From: an uncultured Peptococcaceae bacterium | Lineage (GTDB): Bacteria > Bacillota > Desulfotomaculia > Desulfotomaculales > Desulfallaceae | Assembly: GCA_913064925.1 (NCBI GenBank) | Contig: CAJYBN010000001.1 | Span: 1-38,551 of the forward strand | DNA: 38,551 nt | Direction: 5' to 3' | Shown: one piece after another, positions 8,508 to 18,265 of the stretch | Layout: each line of letters opens with the position of its first letter | Numbering within the stretch: the first letter of the stretch is position 1 | Notes under the pieces: generated by a model | Seen by the model: only the letters and a program-made list of their open reading frames with translations | Database searches by the model: none | Told to the model about the DNA's origin: nothing | Program-made: the position numbers and the translations under genes

Positions 8508-9173
8508 TTAGAACAGCTTTTCATTAAGTTCCAACCTTTCTCCGGAAACCATATATATGATCCACTCGCTCAAGTTGGTGGCATGGTCGCCGATGCGCTC
8601 CAGGTGCCTGGCGATCATAAGCAGGAAAGTAGCTTGGCGGATGTTTTGGGAGTTCTGCATCATCAGCGCCAGCAGTTCCTGGAACACCTCCTGGTACAGG
8701 TGGTCTACCTCGTGGTCTTTTTTAGCGGTTGCCAGCGCCTTTTCCCGGTCCTGGTTGATAAAAGCGTTTAAATTATCCTTGACCATCTGGCGGCATAGCT
8801 CCGCCATGTGGGGGAGGTCGACCAGCGGTTTGATAAAGGGCTCTTTGCCAATGGTGAGCACTATTTTGGCAATGTTGCAGGCGTAGTCACCGATTCTTTC
8901 CAGGTCGGTGTTGATTTTCAAGGCGGTGCCGATGAAGCGCAGGTCTCTTGCCAGCGGCTGCTGCAGGGCCAGCAGGGACATGCATTTCTTTTCGATCTCC
9001 AGCTCCAGCCTGTCAATTTTTTCGTCGTCCATGACCACTTTTTCCGCCAGGTCCATGTCGCGCCGCTTGAAGGCCGTGGTGGCCATGTCAATGGCGTTTA
9101 CTACGAGGTTACCCATGCGTACTATGTCGCCCCGCAGTTTATCCAGCTGTTCATGAAAAGACTCTCTTACCAT
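8508..9173 (-). CDS. phoU: Phosphate signalling complex protein PhoU
   Basis: 221 aa with two PhoU repeats (ERIGDYACNI, ERIGDHATNL), directly downstream of pstB. Confidence 0.9.
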   Translation of the reverse strand: MVRESFHEQLDKLRGDIVRMGNLVVNAIDMATTAFKRRDMDLAEKVVMDDEKIDRLELEIEKKCMSLLALQQPLARDLRFIGTALKINTDLERIGDYACNIAKIVLTIGKEPFIKPLVDLPHMAELCRQMVKDNLNAFINQDREKALATAKKDHEVDHLYQEVFQELLALMMQNSQNIRQATFLLMIARHLERIGDHATNLSEWIIYMVSGERLELNEKLF

Positions 9174-9192
9174 AAGTGTCTAACTCCTTTTG

Positions 9193-9948
9193 TTAACCGA
9201 ATCTACCGGTAATATAATCTTCTGTGCGTTTTTCCCGGGGTGCCGTGAATATGGCGGTGGTTGTATTATATTCGATTAATTCACCGTTGAGAAAAAAACC
9301 GGTATAGTCGGACACCCTGGCGGCCTGCTGCATGTTGTGGGTTACTATTACTATGGTGTAATTCTGTTTAAGCTGGTGGATCAAGTCTTCCAGTTTGGCC
9401 GTGGAAATGGGGTCCAGGGCCGAGGCCGGTTCATCCATGAGAATTACTTCCGGTTCCACCGCCAGCACCCTGGCTATGACCAGCCTTTGTTGCTGGCCTC
9501 CCGAGAGGCCGAGGGCCGATTTGTATAACCTGTCCTTGACTTCGTCCCAGAGGGCGGCGGCCGCCAGGCTTTTATGCACTATTTGCTCCAGGTCCGTTTT
9601 CTTTTTTATACCGTGGATGCGCGGCCCGTAAGCCACGTTGTCAAATATGGACATGGGAAATGGGTTGGGCTTCTGGAAAACCATGCCCACCTTCTTGCGC
9701 AGGGCCACCGGGTCCACCCGGGGATCGTAAATGTTTTTACCGTCCAGCAATACTTCCCCTTCCACTCTAGTGCCCTCGATCACCTCGTTCATGCGGTTCA
9801 AGGCGCGCAGGAAAGTGGACTTGCCGCAGCCCGACGGGCCGATCAGCGCCGTGACGGCATTTTTTTGTATCGGCAGGTCAACGCTGTACAGGGCCTGGAA
9901 GTTTTTGTAGTACACGCTTAGTTTTCTGGTTTCCATTTTGTTTTCCAT
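9193..9948 (-). CDS. pstB: Phosphate ABC transporter ATP-binding protein PstB
   Basis: Walker [10 protein letters not shown], signature LSGGQQQR, Walker [12 protein letters not shown]. Confidence 0.95.
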   Translation of the reverse strand: MENKMETRKLSVYYKNFQALYSVDLPIQKNAVTALIGPSGCGKSTFLRALNRMNEVIEGTRVEGEVLLDGKNIYDPRVDPVALRKKVGMVFQKPNPFPMSIFDNVAYGPRIHGIKKKTDLEQIVHKSLAAAALWDEVKDRLYKSALGLSGGQQQRLVIARVLAVEPEVILMDEPASALDPISTAKLEDLIHQLKQNYTIVIVTHNMQQAARVSDYTGFFLNGELIEYNTTTAIFTAPREKRTEDYITGRFG

Positions 9949-9984
9949 GTGATCACCTTATTATTAGGCCATAGATAGCATTAA

Positions 9985-10836
9985 TTATCGCATGCGTTTT
10001 AATCTCATCCTCGTTCTAATGGCAACGGCGATCAAGTTCATGCCGCTTACTATGGCAAGTAAGACAAGCGCGGCACCGAAGGCCATGTGGTCCGGTACGT
10101 TAGGAACCTCGGTGGCTACTGCATATAAATGGTAGGGCAGGGCCATGACCTGGTCGCGTACCGAACTGGGCAGGCTGGGTATGTAAATGGCCGCTGCCGT
10201 AAACATGATGGGGGCCGTTTCTCCGGCGGCGCGGCTGATGCCAAGGATGGCGCCGGTGATCATGGAGGGTAGCGCCGCCGGCAGGACGATGCGCCTGATG
10301 GTCTGCCACTTGGTGGCGCCCAGGGCCAGGCTGGCGTGCCTGTAATCGTCCGGTACCGCTAAAAGCGCTTCCTCGGCGGTGGAAATGATAATGGGGAGGG
10401 TCAAAAAGCCCAGCGTCAGCGCACCGGCTGCCAGCGACCTGCCCAGCTTCAGTGTAAGGACAAAAAGCCCTAACCCGAACAACCCGTAAACCACCGAAGG
10501 AACTCCGGCTAAATTGATGATGGCCAACCTGATTACCCGCGTGAAGATATTTTTACCGGCATATTCCACCAAGTAAATGGCGGTACCGATGCCCAGCGGC
10601 AGGGCTATCAGGATGGTGCCCGTGGTTAAACCCAGGGTGCCCACAATAGCTGGAAAGATGCCGCCTTGGGTCAAAAATTTGCGGGGCGGTTGGGTTAAAA
10701 ATTCCCAAGTCAGGGCCGGCCAGCCCTTCCAGGCCAGCATGCCGACGATGGCCAGGACAGGTACAATGGCCAGGCACGTTAAAACGGCCAGGGCGCTAAA
10801 ACCCAGTTGTTCCTTTAAGCGCTTGGCCGCCGGCAT
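9985..10836 (-). CDS. pstA: Phosphate ABC transporter permease PstA
   Basis: Six-TM permease with the loop HASLALGATKWQTIRRIVLPAALP. Its start overlaps the pstC stop by 1 nt. Confidence 0.9.
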   Translation of the reverse strand: MPAAKRLKEQLGFSALAVLTCLAIVPVLAIVGMLAWKGWPALTWEFLTQPPRKFLTQGGIFPAIVGTLGLTTGTILIALPLGIGTAIYLVEYAGKNIFTRVIRLAIINLAGVPSVVYGLFGLGLFVLTLKLGRSLAAGALTLGFLTLPIIISTAEEALLAVPDDYRHASLALGATKWQTIRRIVLPAALPSMITGAILGISRAAGETAPIMFTAAAIYIPSLPSSVRDQVMALPYHLYAVATEVPNVPDHMAFGAALVLLAIVSGMNLIAVAIRTRMRLKRMR

Positions 10837-11729
10837 TACGATGCACCTCTCTTGGATGAAGTCCTGGCAAAGACGATGTCCGTTACCATGTTAATGAAGA
10901 AGGTAATGCTGAACAGCACTATTCCCAGCCCGAAAAGGGCCTGGTAATGAAGTCCCCCGTGCACCGTTTCGCCCATTTCCGCGGCGATGTCGGCGGTGAT
11001 GGTGCGGACGGGGTCGAAAATGGAGTGGGGAATCAGGGTGGCGTTGCCGGCCACCATCAACACGGCCATGGTTTCACCGATGGCCCTCCCCAAGCCGAGC
11101 ATGGACGCGGCCAGCAGGCCCGAACGGGCGCTGGGCACCACAATGCGCCAGGTAGTTTCCCACTTTGTGGCCCCAAGGGCCAGGGAGGCTTCCCGGTATT
11201 CGCGGGGCACCGCATCCAGGGCGTCCTCGGAAATGCTCACCACCGTGGGCAGGGCCATGATGCCCAGCACGATGGAAGCCGTAAAGGCACACAGGGCACT
11301 GGGCAAATTTAACATGTCCTTGATTAGCGGGGCCAGCACGGTCAACCCGAGAAAACCGTAAACGACCGAGGGGATACCCGCCAGCAGCTCGATAACCGCT
11401 TTGGCGACCTCGCGCACGCTGCGCGGGGCAACTTCGGCCAGGAACACGGCTATACCGATGCCAATGCTTATGGCTATAATCCCTGCACCGGTCGTAACCA
11501 CCAGCGAGCCGGTAATCAACGGCAGAGCTCCAAAGCGCGGCGGTTCGGCGTCCGGAAGCCATTCGGTGCCGAAAATAAAACCGGGCAGGCTGACGTGGGA
11601 AAACAAGCCGGCGCCTTCCCGTATCAGAAAATAAAATATCAACAACAGTATAAGCACGGAAGTAACCGCGACAATGCCCAGCAAATACTTGACCAAGTTT
11701 TCATAAATACCTGCCAATCCCTTATCCAC
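10836..11729 (-). CDS. pstC: Phosphate ABC transporter permease PstC
   Basis: Permease with the loop EASLALGATKWETTWRIVVPSARSG. GTG start at 11727-11729 is preceded by GGGAGG. Confidence 0.9.
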   Translation of the reverse strand: MDKGLAGIYENLVKYLLGIVAVTSVLILLLIFYFLIREGAGLFSHVSLPGFIFGTEWLPDAEPPRFGALPLITGSLVVTTGAGIIAISIGIGIAVFLAEVAPRSVREVAKAVIELLAGIPSVVYGFLGLTVLAPLIKDMLNLPSALCAFTASIVLGIMALPTVVSISEDALDAVPREYREASLALGATKWETTWRIVVPSARSGLLAASMLGLGRAIGETMAVLMVAGNATLIPHSIFDPVRTITADIAAEMGETVHGGLHYQALFGLGIVLFSITFFINMVTDIVFARTSSKRGAS

Positions 11730-11807
11730 CAGGTATCGCCTCCCTGCCGAGAACTTTTGCCGCCTTTTTTACTCTATCAGACCTTTTTTAAGCTAGAATA
11801 AATAAAC

Positions 11808-11844
11808 TGTAAGGAATGTTAAGACAAATTTTATTTTATGTAAA
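11808..11844 (-). promoter_or_regulatory. Candidate Pho boxes upstream of pstCAB-phoU
   Basis: Minus strand has TTTACA (11839-11844), TTAACA (11817-11822) and CTTACA (11808-11813). The first two are 22 bp apart, i.e. two helical turns. Confidence 0.4.
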
Positions 11845-11905
11845 GTTGCTGCTCAACGCTTTTAAATTACATAAGATGGTAATAAAGGATAATGAGGGAA
11901 TAGGC

Positions 11906-12217
11906 ATGTTGCTGGACAGGCTGAAAAAGAAGCTGCGCCGCGCCAAGCAAGAGGACGTCGGGATGATAAAAATCGGCGAACTGGCGGTGGCCATGGCCCG
12001 CCGGGTGGACCTGGCGGTGCCCCATGAATTCTCCATTTTCGTACCCCGGGTGGAAATCCGGCAGAGATATTACCGTGATAACCAGCTGCAGTATGAGAGG
12101 GAAATTATTTTTGACAGTCTCACCATCGTACACGCCCCGCAGCGCCCGCCGGCCGGGGGCGAACGGAATGAGCGGGAAGAAAACGCGGCCCGCCGGTCGT
12201 CTCATAAAATGGATTGA
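11906..12217 (+). CDS. Hypothetical small protein (103 aa)
   Basis: ATG 11906 is preceded by GAGGGAA. The upstream part of the tracked ORF (11816-11905) overlaps the pstC promoter region. No recognisable motif, so coding status is uncertain. Confidence 0.3.
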   Translation: MLLDRLKKKLRRAKQEDVGMIKIGELAVAMARRVDLAVPHEFSIFVPRVEIRQRYYRDNQLQYEREIIFDSLTIVHAPQRPPAGGERNEREENAARRSSHKMD

Positions 12218-12271
12218 GGGGTCTTTGTCCATGGTCTATAATTAAATTAAAGCAGCAGGGTAGGAAGAAAG

Positions 12272-14521
12272 GTGAAACAGTTGCAGTTGTATGCCGACGT
12301 GCTGGTGGAGGTGCCGGGAGTAGGGAGCGACCGGACATTCCAGTACCGCGTGCCGGAAGCCCTGGCCGGGTCTTTGCGGTTCGGCCACCGCGTGCGGGTG
12401 CCCTTCGGCGGGCGGCGGGTAACCGGTTTCGTGGTGGGCTTTAGCCAGCGGCAGGTGGTAGATAATGTCAAGGAAATTATCGAACTTGTGGACAACCGGT
12501 CGTTTTTCCGGGAGGACCAGCTGGACTTGGCCAGGTGGATAGCCAGCTATTACCTGTGCGATACTGTACGTGCCCTGCACGCCGTCATCGCTCCGGTATT
12601 AAAGAAAACCACCGGCAAGCGCATAACTCGTTACTATTGCCGTGTTACACCTGAAAAGCTTGAAGAAATGCGCCGGGAAATGGGCCGCCGGGCGCCTAAA
12701 AGCTTGGCGGTGCTGGAAACGGCGCTGAAAAACCCGGGGCTAAGCCGGCGCCACCTGGCAGCGCTGGCGGGCGCATCGCCATCGGTGGTGGATAAACTGG
12801 CGGCCGGTAAATGGCTGCGCGTGGAAAGCGAGATTCCCCTGCGCGATCCTTATCCTTCGCCGCCGCCCGGCGCGGCCGCGGCCGGGGTCCGGCTGACCGC
12901 CGAACAGGAAAAGGCAGTGCGGGAAATAAACGCCGCGCTGCGGGCGGGCGGTCACCGGGTTTTTTTGCTCCACGGGGTGACCGGCAGCGGGAAAACAGAG
13001 GTTTACTTGCACTGCATCGAACAAGTTTTACGCGCGGGGCGCCAGGCCATCGCGCTGGTGCCGGAAATATCCCTGACTCCGCAGATGGTCAAAATTTTCC
13101 GGGCCCGCTTCGGCAGGTCCATGGCGGTACTGCACAGCCGCATGTCCGATGGTGAAAGGTACGATGAGTGGCGGCGCATCGAGGACGGCGAGGCGCCGGT
13201 GGTGCTGGGGGCGCGTTCCGCCGTGCTGGCACCGGTCCCCGACCCGGGCCTGGTAATTATCGATGAGGAGCATGAATGGTCATATAAGCAGGAGGAAACG
13301 CCCCGGTATCATGCCCGGGCCGTGGCCCTGTACCGAACCCGGAAGAGCGGGGGTATGCTGGTGCTGGGCAGTGCAACACCTTCCCTGGAATCTTACTGCC
13401 GGGTTCTGCCCGGCGGGGCATATAAGCTGTTAAGCCTGCCCAAAAGAATTGAAGGAAAGGGTATGCCTGAGGTGCGCGTTGTGGATATGCGCCAGGAACT
13501 GCGGGCGGGTAACGGCGGCATTTTTAGTTTCCTGCTGCAGCGCAAACTGCAAGAGAGATTACAAAAGAAAGAGCAGGCCATAATCTTCCTCAACCGGCGG
13601 GGATTAAACACCCTCGTTGTCTGCCGGGAATGCGGCATGGTATTGAAGTGTTTCCGGTGCGAGATTTCCCTGACCTACCATATGGACGGGCTGCTTCGCT
13701 GCCATTATTGCAATTATACCGTTAAAGCCCCGCAATTTTGCCCGGACTGTGGCAGCCGCCAGATAGGCTACTTCGGCACGGGCACGCAGCGGGTGGAAAA
13801 AGAACTGCAGGCCTTGGTGCCCGGAGCGCGCGTTTTACGCATGGACGCCGACACCACCACGCGCAAGGGTTCGCATCAGCGTATACTGGACGCTTTTAGC
13901 CGGGGCGCGGCCGATATTCTCGTGGGTACGCAGATGATAGCTAAGGGGCTGGACATTCCCGGCGTGACCCTGGTCGGTGTAGTAAATGCCGATATTTCAT
14001 TGCACATGCCCGACTTTCGTGCCGGGGAGCGCACCTTTCAGCTGCTGGCCCAGGTGGCCGGCCGTACGGGACGCGGGAAAACCCCCGGCGAAGTGCTGAT
14101 CCAGACTTACACGCCGGAACATTACGCCATACAGACTGCCGCCCGGCACGACTACCATACATTTTTCAGGCGCGAGCTTTCGCTGCGCAAATCCATGGGA
14201 TACCCGCCTTTTTCCAAAATGGTCCGCCTGCTGGTGCACGGCGCGAGCGAAAGCGCGGTGCGGGAGGCGGCCTTGAACTTGCGCGAGTTGCTGGACGGCT
14301 TGGTAAAAGGCGCGGATCGGGATAAAATATACATAGTGGGACCGGCGCCGGCACCCGTGGCCCGGTTAAAGGGGGTTCATCGCTGGCACGTAATTACCTG
14401 GAGCCCGGACTACCATGGACTGCGCCGGGTTATGGAGGAGTTACGGCGCCGCACGGGTTTTAACCTGCCCGGCAAAGAGCTGTCCCTAAGCGTTGACGTC
14501 GATCCCATGAGCATTATGTGA
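12272..14521 (+). CDS. priA: Primosomal protein N' (replication restart helicase PriA)
   Basis: Walker A GVTGSGKTEV and DEEH box. Cys-rich zinc-binding insert CRECG...CFRC...CHYC...CPDCG. The start could instead be TTG 12281. Confidence 0.95.
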   Translation: MKQLQLYADVLVEVPGVGSDRTFQYRVPEALAGSLRFGHRVRVPFGGRRVTGFVVGFSQRQVVDNVKEIIELVDNRSFFREDQLDLARWIASYYLCDTVRALHAVIAPVLKKTTGKRITRYYCRVTPEKLEEMRREMGRRAPKSLAVLETALKNPGLSRRHLAALAGASPSVVDKLAAGKWLRVESEIPLRDPYPSPPPGAAAAGVRLTAEQEKAVREINAALRAGGHRVFLLHGVTGSGKTEVYLHCIEQVLRAGRQAIALVPEISLTPQMVKIFRARFGRSMAVLHSRMSDGERYDEWRRIEDGEAPVVLGARSAVLAPVPDPGLVIIDEEHEWSYKQEETPRYHARAVALYRTRKSGGMLVLGSATPSLESYCRVLPGGAYKLLSLPKRIEGKGMPEVRVVDMRQELRAGNGGIFSFLLQRKLQERLQKKEQAIIFLNRRGLNTLVVCRECGMVLKCFRCEISLTYHMDGLLRCHYCNYTVKAPQFCPDCGSRQIGYFGTGTQRVEKELQALVPGARVLRMDADTTTRKGSHQRILDAFSRGAADILVGTQMIAKGLDIPGVTLVGVVNADISLHMPDFRAGERTFQLLAQVAGRTGRGKTPGEVLIQTYTPEHYAIQTAARHDYHTFFRRELSLRKSMGYPPFSKMVRLLVHGASESAVREAALNLRELLDGLVKGADRDKIYIVGPAPAPVARLKGVHRWHVITWSPDYHGLRRVMEELRRRTGFNLPGKELSLSVDVDPMSIM

Positions 14522-14550
14522 AGACAATGAAATAAGGAGGCAAAAACCAG

Positions 14551-15006
14551 TTGGCCGTATACGTTATCGTGCAAGCCGAAAACAAAGTGCTGCGGGAAAA
14601 AGCACAGCGCGTTACCAAACTGGGTCGCAATATAATTAAATTGCTGGACAACATGCGGGATACCATGTACGCCAACAAGGGGGTGGGGCTGGCCGCCCCG
14701 CAAATCGGTATTTCCAAGCGGGTTATTGTTGTAGATATAGGTGAAGGGTTGGTAGAATTGATTAACCCGGAAATCTTGGTCGCCGCTGGCGAGGAAACCG
14801 GTACGGAGGGCTGCTTGAGCATTCCCGGCGTGGTGGGCGAGGTAACCCGCTCGGCCTGGATCAGGGTAAAGGGGCTGAACAGGAAAGGCAGCGAAACGGA
14901 AATCGAGGCGGAAGGTTTTTTTGCCCGGGCGCTGCAGCACGAGATAGATCATCTAAATGGTATTTTATTTACCGATAAGGCCAAGAATTTAAGAAAAGTC
15001 GAGTAA
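14551..15006 (+). CDS. def: Peptide deformylase
   Basis: The three PDF motifs are present: [21 protein letters not shown] start after AAGGAGG. Confidence 0.95.
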   Translation: MAVYVIVQAENKVLREKAQRVTKLGRNIIKLLDNMRDTMYANKGVGLAAPQIGISKRVIVVDIGEGLVELINPEILVAAGEETGTEGCLSIPGVVGEVTRSAWIRVKGLNRKGSETEIEAEGFFARALQHEIDHLNGILFTDKAKNLRKVE

Positions 15007-15029
15007 TTTACCGGTAAACGGAGGTAGCC

Positions 15030-15989
15030 ATGAAGGTCGTATTCATGGGCACGCCGGATTTTGCTCTGCCGTCTCTGCGTGCCCTGTTGCAAAGCAACCA
15101 TACCGTAGCCGCCGTGGTCACCCAGCCGGACCGGCCGGCCGGGCGGGGCAAAAAAATGCGCCCGCCGCCTGTGAAAACGCTGGCCCGGCAAGCCGGCCTG
15201 CCGGTGTACCAGCCGGAAAAAATCGGCGAAACGGGGTTTTTAAACGCACTGCACGCGCTGGACCCGGAAGTTATTGTAGTGGCTGCCTACGGCCGGATAC
15301 TGCCGAAAAAGATTCTTGACTTGCCGCCTTACGGCTGCATCAACGTGCACGCTTCGCTGCTGCCGGCTTACCGCGGCGCGGCGCCGATTCAGTGGGCCGT
15401 GATCAACGGGGAAAAGGAAACGGGCATCACCATCATGCAAATGGACGAAGGCTTGGATACCGGCGACATACTTATGCAGGGCAGGATAACCATCGGTGAG
15501 GACGATACGGCGGGAACGGTTCACGACCTTTTGGCGTCGTTGGGCGGGCAGTTGCTGGTCCAAACCCTGGATAAACTGGCGCGAGGACAAATTCGCCCCG
15601 TGCCGCAGAACCACGCGCTTGCATCTTACGCGCCGCCGCTGACCACCGCACATGCAGTTATCAACTGGGCCAATGACGCTGTCGCAGTGAAAAACCAGGT
15701 GCGCGGTTTGCATCCCTGGCCGGGCGCGCGCACTTACCTGGGGGACAAGCTGCTGAAAATCTGGCGTGTGTCGGTGCCGGGCCGCGTTCCGGGCAATGGC
15801 GGCGGGCCGCCGGGCCGGGTGCTGGCGGCGGACGGGGAAAAGGGGCTTTTGGTGCAAACCGGCCGGGGAATAATAAAGATAGAAGAGCTGCAGCTGCAGG
15901 GCAAAAGGCAGATGCCGGCGGCCTTGTTTTTAAGGGGTAATCCGGTGCTGCCGGGCGAGGTGCTGGGCAAGCACCCTGACGGGGGTTGA
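15030..15989 (+). CDS. fmt: Methionyl-tRNA formyltransferase
   Basis: FMGTPDFA N-terminus, HASLLPAYRGAAPIQWA, and a C-terminal Fmt domain. Confidence 0.95.
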   Translation: MKVVFMGTPDFALPSLRALLQSNHTVAAVVTQPDRPAGRGKKMRPPPVKTLARQAGLPVYQPEKIGETGFLNALHALDPEVIVVAAYGRILPKKILDLPPYGCINVHASLLPAYRGAAPIQWAVINGEKETGITIMQMDEGLDTGDILMQGRITIGEDDTAGTVHDLLASLGGQLLVQTLDKLARGQIRPVPQNHALASYAPPLTTAHAVINWANDAVAVKNQVRGLHPWPGARTYLGDKLLKIWRVSVPGRVPGNGGGPPGRVLAADGEKGLLVQTGRGIIKIEELQLQGKRQMPAALFLRGNPVLPGEVLGKHPDGG

Positions 15990-16774
15990 TCAGGTTGCAA
16001 AACATGGTGCAGGTTTATGAGCGCAAGCGCTTGTTTATCGGGCTGCTGGGCATAAGCGTAGCGGCCGTGGGGTTGGTGACGGCGGCCATCTGGTATTTGT
16101 TGTTCAGCCCGGAGCGGTCGGTGGTCTATCAACTGGTTCTGCTTCTGCTGGTGGTGGCGCTCATCGCCGTTATCGTACTGGCCGGTTTCGGCTTGGCCGG
16201 CATAGTGCTCACCATCATCCGCTCCCGGCCAATGGGTCTTTTGCAGGGGCCCATGCGGGTGGCGCTGAACACATTTTTCCCGCTGGTGCTGGTTCTGGGC
16301 AAAATACTGCGGATAGACATGGACCGGATAAAGCGTTCCTTTATTGCCGTAAATAATAATCTTGTTTCCGCCAAGCGCATTAAAATCGAACCGCACCAAT
16401 TGCTGTTGTTGGCGCCCCATTGCCTGCAAAACAGCGACTGCCTGCATAAGGTGACGGGTAACATTGACAACTGCCGCCGCTGCGGTAAATGCAACGTCAA
16501 TGACATCTTAAACCTGCGCGACCGTTACGGCATCCGGGTGGGTATGGCCACCGGCGGAACGCTGGCCCGCAAGTACGTGCGGGACTACCGCCCCAAGGCC
16601 ATCGTGGCCATTGCATGCGAGCGCGATTTAACCAGCGGCATCCTGGATGCCAATCCCGTACCTGTACTGGGTGTCACCAACTTGCGGCCCGAGGGCCCGT
16701 GCCAAAACACCCGGGTTTCCCTGCAGCGGGTGGATGAGGCCGTTCAATTCTTTCTAACAAGCAATAAGACGTAA
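15986..16774 (+). CDS. DUF116-family membrane protein with a Cys-rich cytoplasmic domain
   Basis: N-terminal TM helices, then HCLQNSDCLHK...CRRCGKC and IACERDL, which I recall as DUF116. The start overlaps the fmt stop (GTTGA). An alternative ATG is at 16004. Confidence 0.7.
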   Translation: MIRLQNMVQVYERKRLFIGLLGISVAAVGLVTAAIWYLLFSPERSVVYQLVLLLLVVALIAVIVLAGFGLAGIVLTIIRSRPMGLLQGPMRVALNTFFPLVLVLGKILRIDMDRIKRSFIAVNNNLVSAKRIKIEPHQLLLLAPHCLQNSDCLHKVTGNIDNCRRCGKCNVNDILNLRDRYGIRVGMATGGTLARKYVRDYRPKAIVAIACERDLTSGILDANPVPVLGVTNLRPEGPCQNTRVSLQRVDEAVQFFLTSNKT

Positions 16775-16801
16775 TAACAAACATAATATTATTTAAATTA
16801 T

Positions 16802-18238
16802 GTGTTGGATGTGATTGAATTGCCATCCCCGGTTAATGCCCGAGAACTGGCCCTGCAAGTTCTATTGGACGTGGAAGAGCGCGGGGCATATGTTAACTTG
16901 GCCCTGGGGGCCGCCCTGGACAAGGCGGACCCCTGCAGGCTTGACCGGGCTTTTATTACCGAACTGGTATACGGGACCCTGCGCCGTTTAAACACGCTGG
17001 ACTGGGCGCTGGGGCTTTACTTGCGCCGGCCGCTTTCCCGGCTTGACCCAAAGGTGCGTAATATTTTGCGCCTGGGGGCTTACCAGGTTTTGTTTATGGA
17101 ACGGGTTCCGGACGCCGCCGCCGTAAACGAGTCGGCCAAGCTGGCCCGCCGGCACGGCCACGAGGGGATAGTCAAGTTTGTCAACGGCGTGCTGCGCAAC
17201 TTGGTGCGGGGCCGGGAAAGGCTGCCTTATCCCGATCCGGGCCAGGACCCCGTGGGATATATTGCGCTGCGTCACTCGCACCCGGCCTGGCTGGTGCGCC
17301 GCTGGATGGACCAGTTCGGTTTTACGACCGCGGCGGCCTTATGCGAAGCGAATAACCGGCCGGCGCCCAACACGGTGCGGGTGAACACGCTCAAAGCGGA
17401 TACCGAAACGGTAATGGCCATGCTGGCCGGAGAGGGAATCGCCGTGCAAAGGGGGAAGTACGCGCGGGACTGCCTGCTGTTGGGTGGCGGAGTTGTCACC
17501 GGGCGGCTGGTCCCTTTTCGGGAGGGTCTATTGCAGGTCCAGGACGAAAGCTCGATACTGGTGGGGCAGGCCGTGCACCCCGGGCCGGGCTCCCGGGTGA
17601 TCGACGTGGCCAGCGCCCCCGGTGGCAAAGCCACCCACTTGGCCCAGTTGATGCAAAACCGGGGTGAAATACTGGCCCTGGACGTCCACCGGCATAAAAT
17701 CAAGTTAATTGAGGACAACTGCCGGCGGCTGGGCGTGACGATAGTGCGCACCCTGCTGGCCGACGCCCGGCACCTGCCGGAGGAATACGCGGTATGGGCC
17801 GATTACGTGCTGGTAGACGCCCCGTGCTCCGGGCTGGGAGTGCTGCGCCGCCGCCCGGATGCCAAGTGGCGCAAAAAAGAAGGGCAGATCCGGGAACTGG
17901 CTCTCCTGCAGTCCCAGATACTGTCTGCGGCGGCCGCCGCCTTAAAGCCCGGCGGAATCCTGGTCTACAGTACCTGCACCATCACCCGGGAGGAGAATCT
18001 GGGGCAAGTGGAGGCGTTTTTAAGGGCTCATCCCGACTTTACCCTGGAATCGCTGGCCGGCTTATTGCCCGACAGCCTGGACTGGGACAGCACTTTGCGG
18101 CAAGGTTTCTTGCAAATTATGCCCCACTTGCACGACGGCCTGGATGGCTTCTTTATTGCCAGGTTGCGAAAAGCACCCGGCAGCAGTTGCCAGGTGCCGG
18201 TTGCGAGTGCAGTAAAGAAAATAAACAGCCGGGTGTAA
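16802..18238 (+). CDS. rsmB: 16S rRNA (cytosine967-C5)-methyltransferase RsmB/Sun
   Basis: NusB-like N-terminal domain. SAM-binding VIDVASAPGGK. Catalytic DAPCSG and YSTCT motifs. Confidence 0.9.
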   Translation: MLDVIELPSPVNARELALQVLLDVEERGAYVNLALGAALDKADPCRLDRAFITELVYGTLRRLNTLDWALGLYLRRPLSRLDPKVRNILRLGAYQVLFMERVPDAAAVNESAKLARRHGHEGIVKFVNGVLRNLVRGRERLPYPDPGQDPVGYIALRHSHPAWLVRRWMDQFGFTTAAALCEANNRPAPNTVRVNTLKADTETVMAMLAGEGIAVQRGKYARDCLLLGGGVVTGRLVPFREGLLQVQDESSILVGQAVHPGPGSRVIDVASAPGGKATHLAQLMQNRGEILALDVHRHKIKLIEDNCRRLGVTIVRTLLADARHLPEEYAVWADYVLVDAPCSGLGVLRRRPDAKWRKKEGQIRELALLQSQILSAAAAALKPGGILVYSTCTITREENLGQVEAFLRAHPDFTLESLAGLLPDSLDWDSTLRQGFLQIMPHLHDGLDGFFIARLRKAPGSSCQVPVASAVKKINSRV

Positions 18239-18265
18239 AAATGCCAACATGACGGGAGGGCGGGC

